Below, piece after piece: positions 26,993 through 33,251 of a DNA stretch of 33,251 nucleotides. This stretch comes from a virus (taxonomy: Duplodnaviria; Caudoviricetes): IMG/VR virus record IMGVR_UViG_3300035016_000031; one strand, 5' to 3'. The stretch's first letter is position 1. Every line of letters begins with the position of its first letter. The position numbers and the translations under genes were made by a program. The notes below the pieces were generated by a model, which searched no databases, had not been told where the DNA came from, and worked only from the letters and a program-made list of their open reading frames with translations.

Positions 26993-27970
26993 ATGCCAGC
27001 AGTAGCAACTGAAAAATGGTCGAACATCGGTGGTACGCTCGATGCCGAGATTAACGGCAATACGTTTAATCGAGCGTTCGACGTGGTGGGGGCCGCTGAC
27101 GGTTTCGGTGCCGTCTCTGCGGTCAGGTCAGCCTTTAACATCAACTACAACTCTTCGCACCTCAACATGGAGGCGCTGAAGCTCAAGACGTTTCAGCCCC
27201 GCACCGTTGGCCTTGGCGTACACGAGGTCACTGCCGTTTACTCGGTGCCACCCAACGGCAGTTGGCAGACGCCAGAGGATGACGCAGACCCGCTCGACGC
27301 ACCGGCTGAAATTTCGTGGTCGCCAAACATTGTCAGCGAACCGTTTGACCGGGACATCGACGGTAACCCCGTCCTAAATAGTGCTGGTGATGCTCCTGCG
27401 AACCCGCCGAGCCGCACCTACGTCTACAGCACGCTGACGATCACGACCAACGAAGAGTTTTACAACTACGCTGGCTACAAGCCGTACATCAACACGGTCA
27501 ACAGCGACTCCATCGAGGTCGATCAACCCAATAGCACTACCGTCACGTTTGCCGCTGGCACAGTGAAGTGCGTGAGCATCGCACCTGCGAGGATGTACAA
27601 GGCAACCGATAGCTACGTCCCCATCACTCGAACATTTGAGATTTGGGACTTGGCCGAGATCAGCACGACGCAGCCGCATCAGTGCCGCATTTTAGATCAA
27701 GGGTCATCGGGTTGGTACAACGACGAGGGCGTCAAGAATGGCTCACTGTGTACCGATCAGGGCGAATACGTTGCAAACGACAAGCTGCTCGACGGCACCG
27801 GTAAGCCGCTCGACTCGACGCTAAAGGTACGTGACGGTGGTGAGCAGTACACGCCTGTCGCTCGACCCGGCGGTACGCCTACGGGTGCGACCATCGAGGG
27901 GACCGCTGACGCCAAATACCTCCTGTACAAGCGATACAAAGCTAAGGCTTTTGCGGGGGTAATCATTTGA
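26993..27970 (+). CDS. Distal tail / hub protein (putative)
   Basis: Beta-rich, follows tape measure; D.DGNPVLNSAGD and INTVNSD motifs. Confidence 0.6.
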   Translation: MPAVATEKWSNIGGTLDAEINGNTFNRAFDVVGAADGFGAVSAVRSAFNINYNSSHLNMEALKLKTFQPRTVGLGVHEVTAVYSVPPNGSWQTPEDDADPLDAPAEISWSPNIVSEPFDRDIDGNPVLNSAGDAPANPPSRTYVYSTLTITTNEEFYNYAGYKPYINTVNSDSIEVDQPNSTTVTFAAGTVKCVSIAPARMYKATDSYVPITRTFEIWDLAEISTTQPHQCRILDQGSSGWYNDEGVKNGSLCTDQGEYVANDKLLDGTGKPLDSTLKVRDGGEQYTPVARPGGTPTGATIEGTADAKYLLYKRYKAKAFAGVII

Positions 27971-28491
27971 CGCAATACGTTTTCACAGAGGCCGATAAAC
28001 GTGAGTTCAATCGGCTGCGAAAGAAAATCGACAGCATCAAAGGGCCGGGCGTCGTCAACACGCCCACGGCCATCTACGTCAATTCGCAAACTCGCCAGCA
28101 CGGTGGCAGGCGACGGGCAAACCAACAGGCTGGCCCTTCGATGTGGATCAGGATCACCGGTTACGCAGCGATCACCGGTGCAACGAATCGATGGAAATAT
28201 CAATGGGTCGAAAGCCAACTCGTTGATGATGGGATGTGGGAAGACGTGCCCGATGGAAACACGCACGCCGATCTAGGAGTGGCCTACAACTCGATTGAGG
28301 CGAACAACAGTGACAGCGGGGTACAGGGCAACTCGACAAACGTATCGACGCTGCCACCGGGCTACAGCCTTCAACCGGTGCAGGGGAATCCCGTCGTGCA
28401 GGCCACGTTGGTTGAGGACTGCAACGACGTACTCGTTTGGATTTTCTCCTACGAAAACGGTGTGTCGGCACCTGAAGGTAATTGCCCATAA
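27967..28491 (+). CDS. Tail tip protein (putative)
   Basis: TTGA overlap with the upstream stop; NRWKYQWVE, AYNSIEANN. Confidence 0.55.
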   Translation: MTQYVFTEADKREFNRLRKKIDSIKGPGVVNTPTAIYVNSQTRQHGGRRRANQQAGPSMWIRITGYAAITGATNRWKYQWVESQLVDDGMWEDVPDGNTHADLGVAYNSIEANNSDSGVQGNSTNVSTLPPGYSLQPVQGNPVVQATLVEDCNDVLVWIFSYENGVSAPEGNCP

Positions 28492-28499
28492 AGAGGTCT

Positions 28500-31268
28500 A
28501 TGCCGGGGATATTTTATACATGCGATTTCGAGGCGTGCTGCTCGTACATCCAAGCCACTCTGTGCTTGGATGAAGACGAGGAAGGCAACCCCATCCCACA
28601 GGAGTTGGCCGATCAAGCGCCAACCGTGTGGGTCAAGCATGAAGCGATTCCTGAGTTCGGGGCCGTGTTCAAGTTCTACGGCTGGTGCTACACCATCGAC
28701 CCGAACGGTGAGCAACAGAAACCGCCACGGGGCGACGTGTGGCTGCAAAGCATTGCCCCTTACGTTGACTGCGAAACCTGCCTCAATCCCGAAACACCTC
28801 CTGATGGCGGTGGTGGAGGTGGCGGTGGAGGGGGAGGCGGGGGCGGGGGCGGTGGGGGCGGCGGTGGATACCCGCCACCCATTATCCAGTATGGCCACGT
28901 AGCAACGCCCTGCGAGGGATCGCCACCAGAGGCCGTGGTTGCCAACCTGCTCGTGCGTATGCAGGGCGTGGGCTACGTCGGCGTTCGATATTTCAGGTAC
29001 GCCGGGTTGTGCTACTCATTCAACTTGGGCAGCACTCCCGTGGTCATCACGCCTGCTCATAAAGTCGTGTACGTTAACGGCACCTACGCCGATTGCCCTG
29101 CATGTAACGGCGGGGCACCCGCTTCCATCTGTGCCAATCAGTCACTGGAAAACCTGCCAAACGTTTGGGTGCGATACGCCGACTTGCCCGAACAAGGGCA
29201 GGTGACGTTCAAGGTTGACGGTAGGTGTTTCTCGATCAACGAATTTCAGACCGCACAGGATATCCCGTTTGGTGCAACGTTGGTGACGCCACCGTCGAGC
29301 AGCCCATATGAAGACTGTCAGTCATGTGTGAAGGGCGTGCTTGCCACCGCTTGCCCTGAGCAGCCGAACCCCGAAGAGGCACCGCAGGTATGGATACCGT
29401 TCGACAGCCTGCCTGAGACCGTGTGGTACTTTAAGGAGGCGGGGCGTTGCTGGTATATCGACCCGACTGACCCACCGGTGACGATGCCTGACGGTGCCAG
29501 TGCCATCGTTCGCACCCCCACGCTCGAATACGATGACTGCCAAAGCTGTCTGTGCGGCGTTCCACACATCGAAAAAGGCATTAGGGCATTGCCGTGCGTG
29601 GGCCAGCCGTACGCATCCTATGCCGAAGAGTTGTACGTCAAGACTGATGACCTGCCTGACAGCACCATCACATTCTTGAAGAACTGGGTGTGCTATTACG
29701 TCGATCCTGACGAGCCGATTTCAGCCATCCCGGTTGGTGGTACCACGACGATCAACCCTCAGAATTCATTTCTCGACTGCAACGACTGTATTGCCGCACT
29801 GTTCACGTACCCGCCAGAACCTATTGACCCGACTGACCCGCCGCTGATGGGCATTCAAGGCTCGCCATGTTCGGGGCAATGTGGTGCAGCGGTCGCTGAT
29901 GTGTGGATCGCTGAACCCGATATCCCTGCCGACGACATCACCGTCACCGTCGATGACGTGTGCTATTCGTTCTCGCCATCCTCGACGCTGGCACCGATTC
30001 CCGATTATGCCTACGTCATCGGTGGCGGTGTATCGGGCACCACCTGTGCCGGGTGCGTTAAGGGGTCGCTCGCCTCTGTGTGTGCCAGTGAGGGCGGTGT
30101 CGGTGAGCCACCGCAAGTGTGGATATCGAACTGCTGTAGCAGTGGCCCGGTGATTTTTTCGTACGCTGGCTTTTGCTACAGCCACGGCGGTGGCACTGGA
30201 AACACGGCTCGACCTGACGGTGCTGCATCGGTGTGCCCTAACGCCGACGATAGTTACGAGTCGTGCGACATCTGCAACGGCGATGAAGACCCACCGCCAG
30301 ACCCGCCGCCGCCGCCTGACCCGCCGACGCCACCGACACCGCCAGAGCCTGAGCCAGAGCCAGAACCTGACGAGCCGGGGGAACCGCCGACGCCGACACC
30401 GAAACCAAAGCCACCGAAGAAACCGCCGATTCCCTTGCCGAATCGACTGCGGCTCAAGTGCTGCTCGACCGGCGAACTGGTGGATAAGTATGTGCCGATT
30501 GCCGCTGGCCTCATTGGCAAGACGATTCGGCTCGGCAGCGAGTGTTACGTCGTCACGTACCTAAAGGATTCGGGCGACATCGAGAGCAGCCCATCGCCCG
30601 ATGCGATCTACCAAACGTGTACGGCGTGCAACGCTGACCTCGATTTCCTGCCGCTCATCAATTGCGAGACGGGCCAGCCAAGTGGCAGCTACGTCAACGT
30701 TTTGGATTGGGTGGCCGGTGGTGGCAGTGGTAAGCCGGTTACGAAGATCGGTGGCCAGTGCTACTACGTTGCTGGCCAGAATGGCCGCTGCACCATCGCA
30801 TCAACCGGTGGCGACTGCCCAGGCGACGGCACGCCATGCCCCGAAGGTGGCGGGTCGGTTTCGCCGGGAGAGCGATTTTCGACGTGTGAGGAATGTGACC
30901 CGGTTACACCTGCCCCGTGTACGTGCCCAACCGGTTTGGCTACGTCGTACGTGGTTTCCTTTCACTACTCGATTGATGACTGCAACGGCGGCATCATAGA
31001 GGGAGACGCCAGTGGAATAGTTGAGATAGTGGACCCATCAAACCCGTGTCTTTGGTACGGGTTTACGCAGATATCCGAAGCATACCTGTATATAGAGGAT
31101 TGCAAGTGGGAGGTGGGTTTTGGAGATCGTGGCGGGGGCGTCAAAGAAACGGGTGACACGCCAGAAGGTGTGTACATCCCTGCTGAGCCATTCTTCCAGT
31201 GCCCTGAAGCACCGTTTGGCGTGACTACCATTACGAATGTGACGGTTAGTGCTGACGATGGAATCTAA
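28500..31268 (+). CDS. Cys-repeat, Pro/Gly-linker tail tip or adhesin protein
   Basis: Nine ~60-80-aa C...C[YFW]...CxxC repeats, Gly21 tract, Pro-rich hinge; GAGG RBS before ATG 28500. Confidence 0.75.
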   Translation: MPGIFYTCDFEACCSYIQATLCLDEDEEGNPIPQELADQAPTVWVKHEAIPEFGAVFKFYGWCYTIDPNGEQQKPPRGDVWLQSIAPYVDCETCLNPETPPDGGGGGGGGGGGGGGGGGGGGGYPPPIIQYGHVATPCEGSPPEAVVANLLVRMQGVGYVGVRYFRYAGLCYSFNLGSTPVVITPAHKVVYVNGTYADCPACNGGAPASICANQSLENLPNVWVRYADLPEQGQVTFKVDGRCFSINEFQTAQDIPFGATLVTPPSSSPYEDCQSCVKGVLATACPEQPNPEEAPQVWIPFDSLPETVWYFKEAGRCWYIDPTDPPVTMPDGASAIVRTPTLEYDDCQSCLCGVPHIEKGIRALPCVGQPYASYAEELYVKTDDLPDSTITFLKNWVCYYVDPDEPISAIPVGGTTTINPQNSFLDCNDCIAALFTYPPEPIDPTDPPLMGIQGSPCSGQCGAAVADVWIAEPDIPADDITVTVDDVCYSFSPSSTLAPIPDYAYVIGGGVSGTTCAGCVKGSLASVCASEGGVGEPPQVWISNCCSSGPVIFSYAGFCYSHGGGTGNTARPDGAASVCPNADDSYESCDICNGDEDPPPDPPPPPDPPTPPTPPEPEPEPEPDEPGEPPTPTPKPKPPKKPPIPLPNRLRLKCCSTGELVDKYVPIAAGLIGKTIRLGSECYVVTYLKDSGDIESSPSPDAIYQTCTACNADLDFLPLINCETGQPSGSYVNVLDWVAGGGSGKPVTKIGGQCYYVAGQNGRCTIASTGGDCPGDGTPCPEGGGSVSPGERFSTCEECDPVTPAPCTCPTGLATSYVVSFHYSIDDCNGGIIEGDASGIVEIVDPSNPCLWYGFTQISEAYLYIEDCKWEVGFGDRGGGVKETGDTPEGVYIPAEPFFQCPEAPFGVTTITNVTVSADDGI

Positions 31269-31276
31269 ATTGGGGG

Positions 31277-31585
31277 ATGATGGGGTGTGGATGTAAGTCA
31301 AAAATAAAATCAGCAGCACAAACGGTGGCCAAGGGTGCAGTAGGACTCACGAAGGCCGTCATCGGTTTGGAGCAGGCACCGCTGCCGATCATTGAGGAGC
31401 GTCGAGGTATCTGTCGTGGTTGCGAGCACGCCAAGCCTTGCCCGCTGCTGCCGGCGAGGAAATGCACCTGCTCAAAATGCGGTTGCGTTTTGAAGGCCAA
31501 GACGACTTTAGCAGGTGAGAGTTGCCCAATTGGAAAGTGGGCAGCAGTCGAAATTGGGACAACCGAGCCATCGAAAGCTATTTAG
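31277..31585 (+). CDS. Small Cys-rich metal-binding protein (DUF6171-like pattern)
   Basis: ERRGICRGC...CSKCGCVLKAK...ESCPIGKW. Confidence 0.7.
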   Translation: MMGCGCKSKIKSAAQTVAKGAVGLTKAVIGLEQAPLPIIEERRGICRGCEHAKPCPLLPARKCTCSKCGCVLKAKTTLAGESCPIGKWAAVEIGTTEPSKAI

Positions 31586-31586
31586 A
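31555..31586 (+). promoter_or_regulatory. Class-1 (late) promoter motif, copy 5
   Basis: TGGGACA (GGACA at 31557) ... GCTATTTAGA (31577). Confidence 0.55.
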
Positions 31587-31608
31587 TATGTGGACAAACA
31601 GGGGGCAC

Positions 31609-31791
31609 ATGAGCCGTGAGCACATCATCGCACAAGCGACCATTGGTATTTCGTCGTCGCTTGCGGCTGTCGGCCTCACGATGACACAGTTTGAGCAGGG
31701 CCTCAGAATCAGCGGTGCCCTCGTCGGCATCGCTGTGGGCCTGTTGACGTTGTTCAACATCGTCAGGGGGATGAGGCGAAAAGCCGAGTGA
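31609..31791 (+). CDS. Holin-like small 2-TM protein
   Basis: 60 aa, two hydrophobic segments, basic C-terminus RGMRRKAE; GGGGG RBS. Confidence 0.55.
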   Translation: MSREHIIAQATIGISSSLAAVGLTMTQFEQGLRISGALVGIAVGLLTLFNIVRGMRRKAE

Positions 31792-32165
31792 ACTGGCAAC
31801 GTCAAACCGCAGCTTATAAACTTGCCCCAATGGCAAAACGAAAAGCAACGGCGGCACCGGTCAACGAGTTCGATGTCAAGATCATCGCTGGCCTAGCGGC
31901 TGAGGTGAAGGAACTTGACGCAGCGACTCAGGGCGACGACACGCACGAGGAATTCGAGACGTTGCAGGAAACCCTCGACTCGCTGCAAAGCATTTTCGGG
32001 TTGGAAAAGTACGTCGTCGGGATGGATGACTTAATGGCCATTGCCGATGCCCTCGACGGTGAGGATGCCGCAGCGGTGGCTGAAACTTACCGGGCCATCC
32101 TCAAGAACAACCTGATGCGTGATGACCTACCAAAGGTGCCGAAACGGGTAAAGGCCAAGCGATGA
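31788..32165 (+). CDS. Hypothetical helical protein
   Basis: GTGA overlap, or alternative ATG at 31830. Confidence 0.55.
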   Translation: MNWQRQTAAYKLAPMAKRKATAAPVNEFDVKIIAGLAAEVKELDAATQGDDTHEEFETLQETLDSLQSIFGLEKYVVGMDDLMAIADALDGEDAAAVAETYRAILKNNLMRDDLPKVPKRVKAKR

Positions 32166-32428
32166 TGTGGACGCTGGCGGCAGAACCTGACGAATAAAAA
32201 AACCGCCGAACGATTGCCAGCTTGGGGGGGAAAGCTGGCGGGGGACCGTTCGGCGGTTGCCGTGAACTTTACCGTCGCCGCAGAGGTTTGCAAGGTCGAG
32301 TTCGTTGTGCGGGGCAAGAGGGGCAAAGGGTAGAGAAATCCCGATGGATCAAACCTCAAGGGCCGTAACCACGTACCAGTTGCTTGACCTTGCGTCTTGC
32401 CGCCCGAACGCCGCTGGATGGAGTTGAG

Positions 32429-32602
32429 ATGAGCCGAATCACCGAGGAAATGTTTGAGGCGCTGGCAAGGGAGATGAATAAGCTCTGTACTGACATGCAG
32501 AACGTCTTACCCGATGACCTCCCCAAGCTCATGGTGAGGTTGAAAGAGTTGACCGCTCGTGGTGATGAGCTAATAGAACAAAGGCGACTGGAGCGTCAGT
32601 AG
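32429..32602 (+). CDS. Small coiled-coil protein
   Basis: GGAG RBS before ATG 32429. Confidence 0.45.
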   Translation: MSRITEEMFEALAREMNKLCTDMQNVLPDDLPKLMVRLKELTARGDELIEQRRLERQ

Positions 32603-32635
32603 CCCACCCTAACAGGCGAGACGGTGAGCGGGGAT

Positions 32636-32671
32636 TTTTTGGCAGATTTCTTGGCAGAAATGCGTTCTGGC
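32636..32671 (+). promoter_or_regulatory. Putative integrase arm-type sites (right)
   Basis: TGGCA at 32640 and 32652, the same 12-bp spacing as on the left; ATTTCTTGGCA at 32646-32656. Confidence 0.65.
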
Positions 32672-32697
32672 GCTCCTGCTACGGCATTTCTTTCTTA

Positions 32698-32726
32698 GCC
32701 GAGAGTGCCACGCCGCCTCTTTGTTT
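32698..32726 (+). repeat. attR core (29-bp direct repeat)
   Basis: Identical to 934-962. Confidence 0.95.
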
Positions 32727-32921
32727 CCGCATGTTCCCCGGGGCAAAAACCCAGATCCTCCAATCGGACCCACCATTGCGGGGCCGCAGATCACCCGGAG
32801 TGAGGCAGACGACGCAAAGCAGGTGGGATAACGTAATGCCGATCAGTGGCCGAGCCGGCGCCGCGCCGGCTATCGAACCACAAAAAGCTTACCCGCCGGC
32901 TCGGTCCACTGCATTGGCTGG

Positions 32922-33251
32922 TTATGCTGCGGCCGCACCGCCGAGAACGTGAACGGCCCACCAACTGCCCAGGCCGGCGAGTAGCACGCAGAGCAGCACG
33001 ACGAGCAGATACAAGTTCGCCCACCATTGTGGTGGCGACCATTCCCGCGCTACCTTCGGATCTCGCGGCTCCATTCGGATCTGCACGCACACGTATGGGA
33101 ACGTGAAGATGAAGACGCTTGCAATGCCGATCGCCAGCCCCAGCACACCCCCGACCAGTGCCCACCCGATGCCGTATTGCCACCCCGTCGCGGCTCCGAC
33201 CACAGAGCCGAGCGCCGTGCAGACGAGGATGCTGGCATAGAACAGGTTCAT
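32922..33251 (-). CDS. Host small membrane protein
   Basis: Three hydrophobic segments; host-like composition; outside attR. Confidence 0.6.
   Translation of the reverse strand: MNLFYASILVCTALGSVVGAATGWQYGIGWALVGGVLGLAIGIASVFIFTFPYVCVQIRMEPRDPKVAREWSPPQWWANLYLLVVLLCVLLAGLGSWWAVHVLGGAAAA

Larger units (their letters stand above)
934..32726. mobile_element. Complete temperate siphovirus-like prophage
   Basis: att repeats, integrase, terminase, portal, protease, capsid, tail tube and tape measure; oligonucleotide composition changes at both att sites. Confidence 0.95.

Noticed and set aside
28806-28868. G-rich tract as a phase-variable repeat or G-quadruplex element
   Set aside because: Mixed GGN codons encoding a poly-Gly linker; explained at the protein level
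1-33251. CRISPR array
   Set aside because: No regularly spaced repeat-spacer series seen

Overview
A complete, att-bounded temperate prophage of about 31.8 kb (934..32726, 29-bp direct repeats) inserted in the terminator hairpin downstream of host hisF (1..774), with a convergent host membrane-protein gene on the right (32922..33251). Gene order: atypical tyrosine integrase; small leftward operon; an ~840-bp non-coding control region containing a strongly base-paired ~400-nt segment; NUMOD4-HNH nuclease; Holliday junction resolvase; two tandem small sigma-factor-like genes; a lipobox/TM membrane protein; a beta-helix protein; C5 DNA methyltransferase; lambda-like terminase, gpW, portal and S49 protease; Mu gpT-like capsid; a fibre; siphovirus tail genes with a G/GT -1 frameshift; a 9-repeat Cys-rich tip protein; a holin-like gene. 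I recognise no CI repressor, replication protein or endolysin. The most interesting signals are: a five-copy bipartite promoter motif (GGAC-N15/16-GCTATTT) in front of the late modules, probably read by a phage sigma factor; a candidate large structured ncRNA where cI/ori would normally sit; apparent total absence of CGCG inside the prophage but not in the flanks; and the Cys-repeat tail-tip protein. All calls are by eye from sequence motifs and synteny; no database search or folding program was run. A Planctomycetota host is only a weak inference.
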